A DNA stretch of 63,730 nt, counting the filler, from Craspedostauros australis (taxonomy: Eukaryota): the NCBI GenBank assembly GCA_030167865.1. It is 11 parts of 11 records of this genome, joined end to end, with 100 filler letters (N's around TTAATTAATTAA, not from the genome) between each part and the next. Parts side by side here need not be neighbours in the genome. Positions count along the whole stretch, not along the records: positions 4,877 to 19,565 come from JALAGF010002346.1; positions 19,666 to 21,647 come from JALAGF010002348.1; positions 21,748 to 26,193 come from JALAGF010002349.1; 8 more parts are not named here. The stretch is one strand, 5' to 3'. Below, piece after piece: positions 11,160 through 23,100 of this stretch. A model generated the notes under the pieces. The model searched no databases, was not told the DNA's origin, and saw only the letters and a list, made by a program, of their open reading frames with translations. The translations under genes and the position numbers were made by a program. How positions within the stretch are numbered: position 1 is the first letter of the stretch; every line of letters begins with the position of its first letter.

Positions 11160-12569
11160 ATGCCTCCAGCAGCAACGGCGGCAGCGATAACGAGTCTGTT
11201 CACGACCATGTCGTTGCGGATCACCCGAGTGATCTGCCTGCAGGTGCTTGTGCACCTGTGCTTACAAGCTGGCCTGTTCGATACCGCAGTGCTTGCAAAC
11301 ACAAGCGGCGGCAAAGACAAGTACCTCTACATCATATACTACGCAGATTCAGGATGCGGGCCGACGGCATCCGGCATCAATGGCTTTGCTGACGGGGATG
11401 TGAAGCTTCTCATTCCTGGCAACAGCTCCCAGGGATCCTGCAGCATGGAGGCGTCCTGTCTCAATGACTGCGAGTCGGACATGTGCCGCGGCCTCTACCG
11501 AGAGAGCTCGCAGAAGTTCACGGCCGTCGCCACCATCCGCGACGATGGAAGCGTCCTGGAGTGCGACGAGACCAACGGAGTATTGGATCAGAAGACATGC
11601 AACGTTGTCGGCGGTTGCTACGGTTCATCCGTCTACCCCAGCTGTCACTTCCAGTACAGAACACAATCCGACATTCTTAGGGATCGTGAGTAGTATTCAT
11701 GTCTTGTGCTCCATCCTACGACGGAGAGCAGTGCTTCCCAGAGCACAGAGAGGTCGAGCAGAGTGCCTGCAACATTCTATCTTTCCGGAGCTATCATTAT
11801 GTTTGTCGACGCGCGCACGCACCCACGCACGCATCTCACATCGCCGCCACCGCCTGTTCCACTCCGAAACCTTGGTATCTTCTTCTCTCTCATTCTTTCA
11901 TGCTCATGCGTACGCATTTCAACGTTGCATTCGATGCCATCTATTGTATTATGTTGCTATATTTCTGCAGCAACGGTTCTTCAGAACAACAATACAGCTG
12001 ACGACGAGGGCATGGATGGCATCAGTTTGCTCATGTTCTACTCCGACGATCAATGCGAGGACATGGAGGGTGCCCATCCTGTCGTTGCGGGAAATCAGAC
12101 GAGGCTGCCGACCGTTGACAAGTCCATGTCCTGCGAGGACGCCATCGCCTGCGTGTACGAACCGGATGGCAGCAACTGCGCCGACAGCGGAGGCACGACC
12201 GGTTTCATGAAGTTCCACACGGAGGCGTCGACGAACAGCGACATGCCCGTTGTCTGCGAGGAGAGTGGATCTATGGTCTCTGAGACCGATGGCGCTGTGG
12301 AATGTGCGCCGGTGGACCCCACCGCGTGCCTCAAGTCGCCCGCCATCGACAGCTGTTACTATCGGCACATCACGGCCAAGAGCTTCTTCTCAACACCTGA
12401 GAAGTACATCAAGAACAGCAAGTTTGCCGCAACTCTGACGGAGGCACCGACAGCCGCACCCTCATCAGCCTCTGATCCACTCCCCGTTCATATGCATGGT
12501 GCTCTCACAACACTGACAATCGCAACAGTATTTATTTCCACAATTGCTGGTCTCCTCTCAGAAGCGTGA
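11160..12569 (+). CDS. secreted Cys-rich two-repeat protein with hydrophobic C-terminus; exons 11160..11685 and 11971..12569
   Basis: A GTGAGT..TTTCTGCAG intron at 11686..11970 joins the two ORFs in frame (..LRD-P-TVLQN..). Signal-peptide-like start, two similar YxDxxC..SCxxxxxC..C modules, GPI/TM-like tail. Confidence 0.8.
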
Positions 12570-12829
12570 GAATGGCAGCGTCGTCATTGGCGATTCAGAA
12601 TCCAACGTACCTCTTTGTTGAAGCAACAGCGCAGCCGTTAGTCTCCACCTGGCCACAAGCCAAGGGACAGATCCAGAGGCTGAGCAGTGTGATTGTAATG
12701 GTGGTTGTAATCGATAATTATAATTGAATTTTGTGGTTTGAGTCTGTTCCTTGTTGGCTGTCGATGTGCCTGGTTGTGTTGTGTGACTGTACGCTTGGTC
12801 TGTTTCCTTTCGCTTCCTTTTTCGTTTGT

Positions 12830-13492
12830 GGACATCACCAGAGTCAGGCCTTCTTTGCCTTCCCCAACATCCACCACCTGCTTGCTGAGATGCACGGGCG
12901 TCACCTAGCTCCTCCTGCAACGCTCCTCGCATGAAGGAGTATGATACGCCATGACCTTGCCATCCTCCTGGATCAGCGCCTTCGTCGTGTCGCCGCCCGC
13001 ATCCATGATCATCTGTCTGAGATTGAACTGCAGCAGCTGGAACTCCTCGTTGGATGAGATCCAGTTGGTGGTCTTGGATCGCGCGGTCGTCAACGGCAGC
13101 GCGGCATCAGCCACCGCGCGCTGCAGAGACGGAGAGATCTGCTTGAGCACCGCCATGCCACCGTTGAACCGCACACCCGCACCTGCGACGACGTCCAATT
13201 CTGGTCTCGCATCGAAGCATGTCACGTCGAAGCATGTCACATCAATGTTGTGTGCGCCGTTGCTGTTGTTGTTGTAGAAGGAATGCGCCAAGAAGAGACC
13301 AGCGATGCCGCCGCCGATCACGGCATTCTTCCGTATGGGTTGGTGATTCTCATTTTCATTCCCATTCCCATTGCTGCTGCTGCGTTGGAGTGAAGATGAC
13401 GGGGATGACAGGGATGGTGATGACAGTGAGTTCGTCGCCACCACCATGCACGCGATGCAGATGGCACCAATCACCCTCTTTTGATGCATCAA
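12830..13492 (-). pseudogene. FAD-dependent monooxygenase fragment (zeaxanthin epoxidase/salicylate hydroxylase-like N-terminus), frameshifted and truncated
   Basis: AVIGGGIAGL Rossmann motif and GAGV..NGG..VL. The continuation MRGALQEEL / VHLSKQVVDV lies in other frames, and there is no DG or GD motif downstream. Confidence 0.7.
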
Positions 13493-13838
13493 TCACGTCG
13501 TTGGTGTCATTGATGCCATTACTTTCTTCGCTTCCATTGCTGTGATTCTTCTGGTTGTGGCTGTCTCTGTGGTTGGGCAATCAATGAGTGAGGAACCAAG
13601 TCAACCAGCCGGCATTGTTCGAAGTCTCTCTCAAGAAGCAGAGAGAAGCGAGAGAGAGAGTATTGGTATACGTACTCTGTGGATAGATGCTTGGTGCCGA
13701 CGGTGATCATCGTTGAGCGTTGTGGTTGTGGTTGTGGTTGTGGTTGTGGCGATCTGCATCAGTATTCTCAGCGGCGATTTCTGTTGCGCCACCGACCATC
13801 ACTGTCGTCATCGTCGCCGCCACCGCCACACAACGAAT
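13411..13838. repeat. diverged direct repeat, copy A (monooxygenase 5' coding start plus upstream region)
   Basis: Aligns by eye to 18295..18689. Includes (TGTGGT)n at about 13721..13749. Confidence 0.85.
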
Positions 13839-14532
13839 GGCTTCCCGTGCTATTTGTCGTTCGCGACGATTGGGTGAGGCGAGATGAGTCCTGGATACGT
13901 TTGTTGTCGATTGAAACACGAGTGGTGTCACCATCGTCTTCGCCATCATCCTCTCAACAAAACACAAAAGCTGTCTCCGACATCCACCAAAGAAGTCGTG
14001 GCAATTCCTTCACACCGCGGGTTTGTCACGCTGTGGATCCGCCCATTGGAGTCGTTCGATGACATCCAACTGCCGAAGTACATAGAATAGTATGCATTCG
14101 TATGGCACAATGGTTGACTCCCCCAAGACCATCACAGAGGGATGTACTCATGTTGCACGAGCTATGGTATCACATGAAGAGGCGCAACTGCACAGTATGG
14201 CCAAGTCGGGCATCATCGAAGGTCGTATCGTGCGAACGAGCGAGCTAGCCAGCTTCGGATCATGATGTGGCTGTCCACGGTCGTACCACACCACGCCATA
14301 CACCGAGGTGGAACTCCGCAAGTCCATCCAGGCGCGTTGGTTGATGACATGTTGCTTCATGATCAATGCACAGGATCATGAAATGGGGGACAGCAAACTT
14401 GAGCAGATGAGCTCACAATCGCCATCCAAGCGCAACTGATTTGGGACTACATACCCTGCCTGCTCCACCTGCTGTGCAACCAACACTATCGGCAGCCCCC
14501 CACAATAACCAGCATCGACAACATATAGCAGG

Positions 14533-15876
14533 ATGGCTTTCAACATGGATGGTGTCACCAACACCAATACCAACAGTGATCATGATCCAGACTTCAAGAC
14601 TTTCTGGAAACAACTCCATCGAAAAAAGCTGTCACCGAAGACCGTGTTCACTCGGCAGTGCCCAGAAGCAGAGCAGATCGACTGCCACAGTGTCACACCC
14701 AAACGGATAGAATACTGGGACATGGCCATCGAAGCAGGATTCACCTTTAATGACTTGGAATCGATGGTGAAGCGGCACAAGCACGTTGCTTTATCACCTC
14801 ATGTCCTACTGAGCGATTCATTTCGCAGGGGCTGCGGGAGGATGCGCATTGGATCCCTGTATCTGAAATTCGGCAACCATGATCAATTTGGAGAAGAAGA
14901 CAAGCAAGTGATTCGCTTCTTACTTCGATTGGTTACCGAACATCCACCCAAATCTCTATTCGACGAAGGCATCGAATTGACTCAATGCTTCGTGGAGATG
15001 AAGCAGCTCCATGATATCCCTCTTGTGCCACATTGTGTGTGTTTGGATTCATGTGATCTTGTTGATTGCGACAACCTCATGTTCAACATCTCCCAAAACT
15101 CCAAATGTGTTGTGTTTCGATATTGCACGCTTGCCAATGGGGGCGCTGATTTGTGGAGATGGCTGTCTCCAAACAATTGCAGCGTCACCACAGCAACATT
15201 TGTATCCACCCGTATCACTTGCGATATCTTGGCAAAGCTATTCCAGTCAAACAAGCGCATCAACAAACTCGGCATCAGTTTCTGTGGGGACTACAACCGA
15301 CAACGAACCTACTCACAAGAAATCGATCAGATCATCAAACTCCTTTCAGATGCATCACACCTGAAGAACCTAGGGGTTTCTGGTATTTGGAACGGGTTAT
15401 CGCGACAAGAACAAGATACATGGTTCGACATTTTGATATCGCTCCTGGGAAACAAGAGCTTGTCATCTCTCACATACTTGGAGTTCTGGAATCCAGCCAT
15501 ATTTGAAATTCCGCCCGAGACCCCCTCGGCACAAATGGAAGCACTTGAGCAAGCCTTGGAGCAGAATACCCAACTCACCCATCTCCACATTGATCCACGC
15601 CCGCCTGGCAAACATGGCCATTGGTACGATGCGCTTGTTGAACGTATCTTGCGGCGAAATCATCGCAACAAGGTGAGAGCAATGCTGGGTTCCCTTCCGA
15701 CATGGTCGAGGCCGCTGTCCCTGTTTGGGGAGATGCTGATGAGAACAAACAAACGTCGGAGTAGAATTGATCCAATGGGTTCCACGAACGAGACTTTTCA
15801 TCTTCTACTGCAGTGCAGTGAGATGTTGAAACAGACATGGGACGATCGTCGTGCCGAACTTCATGATCAGAAATGA
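14533..15876 (+). CDS. degenerate leucine-rich-repeat / RNI-like protein of the type expanded in diatoms
   Basis: Intronless 447-aa ORF with NxxLxxL units (NKRINKLGI, HLKNLGV, NKSLSSLTYL, ALEQNTQLTHLHI) and the ILRRN C-terminal cap. Confidence 0.7.
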   Translation: MAFNMDGVTNTNTNSDHDPDFKTFWKQLHRKKLSPKTVFTRQCPEAEQIDCHSVTPKRIEYWDMAIEAGFTFNDLESMVKRHKHVALSPHVLLSDSFRRGCGRMRIGSLYLKFGNHDQFGEEDKQVIRFLLRLVTEHPPKSLFDEGIELTQCFVEMKQLHDIPLVPHCVCLDSCDLVDCDNLMFNISQNSKCVVFRYCTLANGGADLWRWLSPNNCSVTTATFVSTRITCDILAKLFQSNKRINKLGISFCGDYNRQRTYSQEIDQIIKLLSDASHLKNLGVSGIWNGLSRQEQDTWFDILISLLGNKSLSSLTYLEFWNPAIFEIPPETPSAQMEALEQALEQNTQLTHLHIDPRPPGKHGHWYDALVERILRRNHRNKVRAMLGSLPTWSRPLSLFGEMLMRTNKRRSRIDPMGSTNETFHLLLQCSEMLKQTWDDRRAELHDQK

Positions 15877-16347
15877 CAAAAGAAATGGCGCTGCAGCGAT
15901 AAGGTCATGGGGCTTCTGCCAGCGCAATGAAAGTGGCAGCCAACTGGCCACACGCGTGAAAGCGACAGAGCTTCTGATTGGCGCTCGGTGTTCACAAAGC
16001 AAAGAAAGGTGTGTCGATGATTGATATCATACGATGCTGTATCACCTTAAACAACTGTAGGACAACTTATCTCGTCTAACTCCACTGACTGCAAGCGAAT
16101 CGAGTATGTGGATGTAGCACCCATGTGTATTCCCGTACGTGTTCCTGCCAAGATCGCAACGGTGATGCATCCGCAATGACGAGAAACCACGCAGTGTCAA
16201 CACCAAACAAAGCTACAAGAGTCACGATAATACTATTACGATACTACTATTTGGGATACTCTATCTCCGGCAATCGGCATGCTTGACTTGCAGTCAACGA
16301 AAGTCAGAGGCGTCGGCAGCGAGAGTCGCAAAAACAAAACTGATGTA

Positions 16348-17820
16348 TCAGCCCGCCAGCACGACACCTGCTGCGATGCCACCGCCGATGATGAGGACAG
16401 CCACGATGACGATGGGGACCCTGTTGGTGCTTTTGTTCGGTGCTGGTTCCTGCAACGCCGGCTTTGTGGCGGTGGTGGCCGTCTGTGCCTCAGTGTCGAC
16501 GGAATGCATGCTTGTGGTGTTGCCGGTGTCCTGCTCGACCACGTTCTTCGGGTCGAGATGCTTGCTGGGTCCCTTGGAGGGTCTGATGGATTCTTTTTGC
16601 GTGAGCTGCTTGACTGGTGGATCTTGATTTATGGTTTGCGCCGGATCAGTTGTGGGGATCATGGGAGTGATGGATATTTCGATGGAGTTGGTGCGCGAGA
16701 CGAGCTGTGTTGGCATGTCCTCGTTGGTATCGTTGGTCGTTGAGGAGGATGGCAGAATGAGTGGATTGGCTTTTGTCCAAGACCACTCCGGCTGAAGCGG
16801 AACTGCTGCTCATGAGGCGGTCGGTGGATGTGGAGATGTACGTTGACGTTGGGTCTTTGGTGGAAGCTGGATCCTCACCGTCCATGTCCATGTCCACATT
16901 GCTGTGGTTGGATTCCTTGGAAAGGGAGTTGATGGAGTCCTGGTTGCCATGGTTGCTGTTGGATGAATTGGAGGTGGCGGCCGTGTGCTGGGAGCTGTCG
17001 TTTTTTGGCGGAGACCATGGAGGAGAAGAGGCCGGAATCCCCATTGGAATGGGCACCGAATTCGCCTGGCTTGCGTTTGTTGACATTTCTGGTGGATGGT
17101 CGCTCCATCTCGTCGCTCTCCTCACCTTCGACGACAGACTCCAGTCCACATTTCTGGCGGATGGAGGACATCCTCTTGGCGGAGGAGAAGCCGAAGGACG
17201 AGCCCCCGTTGGAGGAGGCGTTGGGGCTGCCTCTGGTTGGTGGGGGCGTCCTGGATGGCGCGGTGGTGGTGTTGGGAGATGTTCCGATCGGGCGTGGGCG
17301 TTGGTCGGAGGTGGAACGGAATTCGTCACGAAATGAGTCGTCACGAAATGAGTCGTCTCGAATGGAGTCGTCCTCGTCTGTGAACTCGTCGAAGACTCCG
17401 TCGGTCGTCTTGTCGCCCGCCTCCTCATCGGAACACTGGCTCTCGATGTCGTCATCATCATCGTCGATGATGTGGATGTCGTCATCTATCTGCTGCGTGT
17501 TGGCGCCGGCACCCGCGCTGACGTTGCGACTCTGGTTGTGGCTGCGGCTGTTGGCGTCGGCACCTTCATTGTCGTCGCTGTTGTCGCTGGCAATGTCATC
17601 GTCCAGGCCTTCGTTGAAGGGCTCCTCGTCGCTGTCCACCACCCTCCTCGCGCTGGTGGAGTCAATCATGTCGGCGTCGAAGTTCTGCTGCGAGTGCATG
17701 GAGAACTCTGCCTCATTGTCGTCGCCGACACAGCCCGCTGCTTGCCTCCCAGGGCGTCCATGTACTTGGAGGTGGAGACGGAAGCGTGGCCAGTGGGCGA
17801 TGATGCTGCCGATGACGACA
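16348..17820 (-). pseudogene. low-complexity D/S-rich protein with C-terminal transmembrane helix, split over several frames
   Basis: Successive overlapping ORFs (17666..18106, 16875..17699, 16646..17485, 16348..16716) have similar composition and end in IVIVAVLIIGGGIAAGVVL. Introns were not excluded. Confidence 0.4.
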
Positions 17821-18294
17821 TGGAGCTTGGTGATGGCGCAGAGTTGCGGCCGTACTGGTGACCGGTCTTGCGTTCAATGCCGGACGTGGAGGAGGAGGAC
17901 CGTGAAGCCTTGCTGGTGAATGAGAATCTGTTGTTTTCCATCGATTGTTCTTGTCTTCTGTTGTGTTGCATTGTGTTGTTTTGGGAATGATCCGCTCTGT
18001 TGCTTCGTTCAATCCTCCAATCGTTCAATCGCACAATGTTGAATGTCCAATGGACGGCCTGTTTGTGACTAACGTAGTTGCCGATGGCGCAGCATCCAAT
18101 GTCCAATGTCCAGTGGTGGATCCACTCTCTCTCCCTCTCTGTGTGTGTCCAGTGATCATATTGAGGAAATGGGCTGATGCAATGCGATACAACACTGAGG
18201 TTGATGTTGATGATGGTGTTGATGTTGCGATTGCTGGGCCTGTCAGAGGAAATGGCCCTCGAAGGTCCTCAATCCACGACGGAAAAAAGTGCCG

Positions 18295-18689
18295 GGGATG
18301 GTGATGACAGTGAGTTCGTTGCCACCACCATGCACGCAATGCAGATGACACCAATCATCCTCTATTGATGCAGCAATCACGTCGTTGGTGTCAATGCTGC
18401 CATTGCTGTCTTTGCTGTGATTGTTCTGGTTGTGGCTGTCTCTGTGGTTGGGCGATCAATGAGTGAGGAATCAAGTCAAAATGCCGGCATCGTTCGAAGT
18501 CTCTCTCTCGAAGCAGAGAGAGAAGCGAGAGAGAGAGTGTTGGCATACGTACTCTGTGGATAGACACTTGATGGTGACAGTGATCATCATGTGAGCGTTG
18601 CGGTTGTGATGATCTTCATCAGTATTCTGCAGCGATGTCTGCAACGCCACCGCCGTCACCATGGCCATCGTCATCGCCACAGAACGAAT
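18295..18689. repeat. diverged direct repeat, copy B
   Basis: Aligns to 13411..13838. Confidence 0.85.
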
Positions 18690-18922
18690 CCTCTCACACA
18701 CGCTCCGTGTTGATCAAAAGACTGGACCGTCCGGTACTTGGATTAGTCATGGATAAATACGACGGACAGACCGTCAATGGAACCCAATGACGTTTCCAAT
18801 CGAGTCCCGCGTAACCAAACTTCGTGCTGAAGCCATAATTTGAATTTTTATAGACGTTATATTAGCGTTACGCGTGTCAGTCTGTTTCCGTGTCAGAGAG
18901 CACGGCTGGCGTGTTTCAGCTT

Positions 18923-19048
18923 GATTCAGAATCTGGCTCCGATTCAGAACGGATTCAGAATTTCAGAACGGATTCAGACTTTCAGAACGGATTCAGAATC
19001 GAGTCAGAACTTCAGAACTTCAGAATTTTTCCATTCTGATTCTGAATC
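18923..19048. repeat. cluster of about 11 (GA)TTCAGAA-type motifs, the last ones inverted
   Basis: gattcagaa/ttcagaac repeated at irregular 7-18 nt spacing, ending in ttctgattctgaatc. Confidence 0.85.
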
Positions 19049-19185
19049 GAGAGTGTCCCTCCGAGTGATCCCTGTGGGGGCTTCGTCGCAGACACACACA
19101 AGTTTCCTTCTGTCTGTTGGCTTGTCCGGGCGCGTCATTTCCGCTCATGTTGTTCGCCGACACAGAAATGCGAATGCTCTACTGT

Positions 19186-19226
19186 ACACAAACACAAACA
19201 CAAACACAAACACAAACACAAACACA
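19186..19226. repeat. (ACAAAC)n microsatellite
   Basis: About 6.5 perfect hexamer units. Confidence 0.9.
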
Positions 19227-19343
19227 GAGAGAGTAACAGCCAACATACTGGGTGTGACATCAACAACATGACCACAAGTAGAAACATCTTGGCGCCAGAA
19301 AAGATGTTGTTGACAATGTGACAATGACGGCTAGTATGGTAAT

Positions 19344-19565
19344 CTACTCAGTATTCTGTTCTTGGTTGACTGCGCGTGCTGCGCTGAGGAGTTGTTCGTG
19401 CATCGCCTTCTTTTTCTCCTCTTCGTTTTTGCGACGCTGTGACCAGTATGTCGATGCCATCTTACTTCGCTTGAGATGATGGATGTGATCGCGAAGTTGC
19501 TTCAGCGTGAACTGGTGGTACACAACATTGGACTCGTAGAGCTCGTTGGGTTTCTTGGCAAGGTG
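19344..19565 (-). CDS. C-terminal 73 aa of a hypothetical protein (P..LY....Y..F.L..LRDHI....R.K...YW)
   Basis: Own translation: HLAKKPNELYESNVVYHQFTLKQLRDHIHHLKRSKMASTYWSQRR...NTE*. It is open to the contig edge and is not in the ORF track. Confidence 0.6.
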   Translation of the reverse strand, partial: HLAKKPNELYESNVVYHQFTLKQLRDHIHHLKRSKMASTYWSQRRKNEEEKKKAMHEQLLSAARAVNQEQNTE

Positions 19566-19691
19566 NNNNNNNNNNNNNNNNNNNNNNNNNNNNNNNNNNN
19601 NNNNNNNNNTTAATTAATTAANNNNNNNNNNNNNNNNNNNNNNNNNNNNNNNNNNNNNNNNNNNNAAACAACCTGACAACCTTGCATGACA

Positions 19692-19960
19692 ACAGCCAAG
19701 AGATCCTCCCTGCTTCAACACACACAGGGAATCTTACATCAATTCCTGCAACCTGACAACCTGTGTTCTCAATCCCAAACCTCAATCAAGGTGTCAAGGC
19801 TTAGTACTCAAACGTAGAACGACTACGATGAGATACTGGAGAAAGAGAGAAAGAGAGGACCCGTCCGCCCTCAGCACTGAACCTCTGAAGGTCAGTGCAG
19901 AGCCGCACCATTCAGACCGACTATCGTTTCTTCATCCTACATCTCAAACTGATCAACTCA
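19692..19960 (+). repeat. dispersed non-coding repeat, probably LTR-derived
   Basis: Colinear similarity with 34788..35057. Confidence 0.7.
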
Positions 19961-21465
19961 CAATGCAGACTATTCAAATAACCAATAGCACAACTTAAGA
20001 TCAGCACTACAGCACTAATCTACTTCATTGTCACTAACTACTAATCCCCAGACGGTCGCCCCACGTTGACTTCATCATCAGATTCCTTGAATCTGGCAGT
20101 CAGCTAGGCCATCCCTTCCGGATCGTGTCACAACAGCACACGAAAATCCAACTACAACCAAGAACCTCCTCGATGGTACTTGACGGACCGAACATGTTGT
20201 GAAAGGCCAAGCAACGATGCTCTCTCCCCCTTCTCCCGATGGAGAGGCCTACATGGAAGATCCACCAAACAACAGGAGAAAGCCACAACACACGACGACC
20301 TATGGATGTCGGCTGAATAATCGAGGAGAGTGTGTACGAGCAAAATACAATACTCTATTTTATTGCTCTGGTGTGTGGAGTCTTTGTTTGCTTTTGCTGA
20401 ATTGCGCGCACGATCGCATAACTCTGCGACCGTAGTCGTACACGCAAGATCCAAAAGTTACTGGTTGGCAAATCGATCCACATCCGCACGCATCAGTGTG
20501 GGATGGTGGAATGTTGTGATCGTGGATGCTGTTTGGTCGTTGTTGGCAGGCCTCTTTAGGTGCGTGGATGATCTGACGCATTGCAAAAGATGCTGATGTT
20601 GCCTTCTGCCGATCCGTGCTCTGAACTCACAAGCGACCTAATCGTGTTCGTTGGATCCAACAGAGGAACTTGCGCACCCACAATCGCAAATGGAGAATAT
20701 CAATCGGGAGCGGCACCTTGAAGCTGGCACGCGAGATCTGTATGTGCGCAACACGTCTGGATACGGCGAGTTGGGCAGAGGTTGAGTATCTTCAGGGTGA
20801 GCACGTTTCACCTTATCATCGCCGCTGCAAGACTCATGTCACCGCTCCCTCCAAAGATCTGCGGGCTCACGCTTGTCCCTGATACGCGTGAACAATTATT
20901 GCTCGGCCTTTTTGCTCGCAATTGCCACGACGTGTCGATCTGTCTACCAAGCATCGTGGTCAGCCGAAGATTTCGAGACAGGAATTCATGAAGAACAACC
21001 ACGACAAAGCGCACCCATGCGAATAGAAATGTAAAAACGCTGAGAAATTGGTCGTACTGTTACGAAGGACGAGTGCATGCTCTTTGATCGTACGGTACAA
21101 ACGCACAAGTACGAACTGCAATTTGGGTGTCCTTCACAAAAACGCCTCTCTGCGACATCGTGGGAAGCGTCTCTTCTGTTTGGTTCACAAACCCTGACAA
21201 CGTCACTACAAACGCGACACCACTGCGTTTCCACCAAATAACACCATCACAACAGCAACCCATCCCTGTCAGCCCATCGCCGCCGCCAAAAGTGACACAC
21301 GAGGAGATAACGCACAATTCAAAAGCAAGCATTAGTATATTCCATTGTTGTGGAATAGAAGCCAAGCCAAGCAAAAGCAAAGTGGAGTTGAGTTGAGTTG
21401 AGTACCAAAGTACTCTATTCGTTTAGAATAATACTCTAAGCACTATTCCATCGAACCTGCTGGCC

Positions 21466-21647
21466 ATGGCGAGGTCCATCTCAAGCAACAACACAAGGCT
21501 GTCGTCAACGGCGCAGACTGCGGTCACGTTCACGTCCGGCAACGACTTTTACGATGATGGATACAACGAGACAGAGTTAGCTGCGCAGATCCACTCCAAG
21601 CTGGATTTTCGCAACACCCAGTTCTTCGGTCGATCAAAGGAGCTGGA
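21466..21647 (+). CDS. N-terminus of a probable STAND/AAA_16-type ATPase (truncated by contig end)
   Basis: KLDF....FFGRSKEL matches the xxGRxxE motif that precedes the P-loop in this family. Confidence 0.5.
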
Positions 21648-21747
21648 NNNNNNNNNNNNNNNNNNNNNNNNNNNNNNNNNNNNNNNNNNNNTTAATTAAT
21701 TAANNNNNNNNNNNNNNNNNNNNNNNNNNNNNNNNNNNNNNNNNNNN

Positions 21748-23100
21748 CGGTGGCGACGGCGATGATGATGGCGATGATGGCGCCTTTGCGGATGCTTCAG
21801 TCAAGGCAAGATCGGCCAATTGCGATGGTCGAGATTCGAGAGATGGTCATTGCTTCGATTTGGGAAGATTGGTCGACGATACTTCACGTAATGATGATCG
21901 TTTGGCCTTGAGGATGCTTGCCAACGTTGACCTGCGCTTGTTCAACGACAAAGACTGTTGTCTTTCTTCATGTGTGCGGTTGAAGGGGGCTGGTGTAGAT
22001 GCCGCACTCCGACCTCCAGGTGTGACAGGGGCCACAGAGCTTCTCCCACCATTCGTTGCAGCAGCACTTGTCGCAACGTCGACGTTGTCATCATCGTGGA
22101 GATTTGGAAGATTGGAGCGTGACTCCAGGCTGTTGCTGCGTGACGTCTCCGTTGTCGCAACTTGAGGTAGAGTCGGGGTGCTGGCTGCGCTCATCGCGCC
22201 TGGTATGTCTGATGTGTATGTTGTGCCTGGCATGTTGCGTCCGTCCTTCGAGAATTCCAAACACTTGCTCCTCGATTTGTCGCCGCTGGTCGTTGCGTTG
22301 GAATTCGGTTGTGTCCTTGGCCTGCGTCTCCGACTCTGCGCAAGCTTCGTCTTGTCTTGGTTGATCCGTTCGCGGATTGTGCCGAGAGTTGGGGCTGTGG
22401 CGAAGCTGAGTCCACCTGGGGTGATTGGCACCGACATCGGTTCGTTGTTGATGAACTTGCAGGGATCAAGGGAGCTGAATGACATCTCATGAGCTTGCAT
22501 GTCGAGCATGTCCAGACTCTTCGCACGTGATGGTTTCACAGCTGAAGCTTTCGCATCTTTTGCTGTACTTCTATTGGTGCTGCTTGGTGTATCTGTGCTG
22601 ACACTCGCATGACGACCTGATTTTGCAGCTGCTTTGGCCTCTTTGGCAACGCTGGTGGGATTGCTCGCCTTTGATTTCGTGTCGGCCTGTTGCGGTTGCC
22701 TGGTCTCCGTTTGCTTCTCTGCTATCAGTCTGACACCGTCCTCTTCCAGCAACTTCGATTATCATGAGCGCACGGGCTGGACGCAGGTTCGAACAGAGTA
22801 TCAGGCTGGACGCTTTGCTGTGGCAACTCCCAGAGTAGATCGTGCTCATGGAAGGTTCCATAGTAATACTCATAGTCGTAGGACGGGTGGGTCAAGGTGC
22901 GGAGCAACCGGCGAGCCTTCCCACAGTTCCTCTTGGATGTCAATGCCTCGTCATCTTGTCTGATTGTTTGTGTTGGTGTTTGCGTCGGTGGTACCAATGT
23001 GAAGGGATGCGGCGTCATTGGAGTGGTTGCCATCACCCTCACAATCATGGATCAGAGTTGCATTGCACGAAGACAACGCATTGGTGGTGTTCGTTGTGAG
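21748..23100 (-). pseudogene. S/R/T-rich low-complexity protein, disrupted (copy A)
   Basis: ORF 21847..22752 stops at PKSKQ*, where the other copy reads on (PKSKQQPSLES). The upstream part is frameshifted. Confidence 0.6.

Noticed and set aside
18923..19048. TTCAGAA array as heat-shock elements, a CRISPR array or telomeric repeats
   Set aside because: HSEs need TTCnnGAA spacing. There are no unique 25-45 nt spacers or cas genes, and the motif is not TTAGGG-like.
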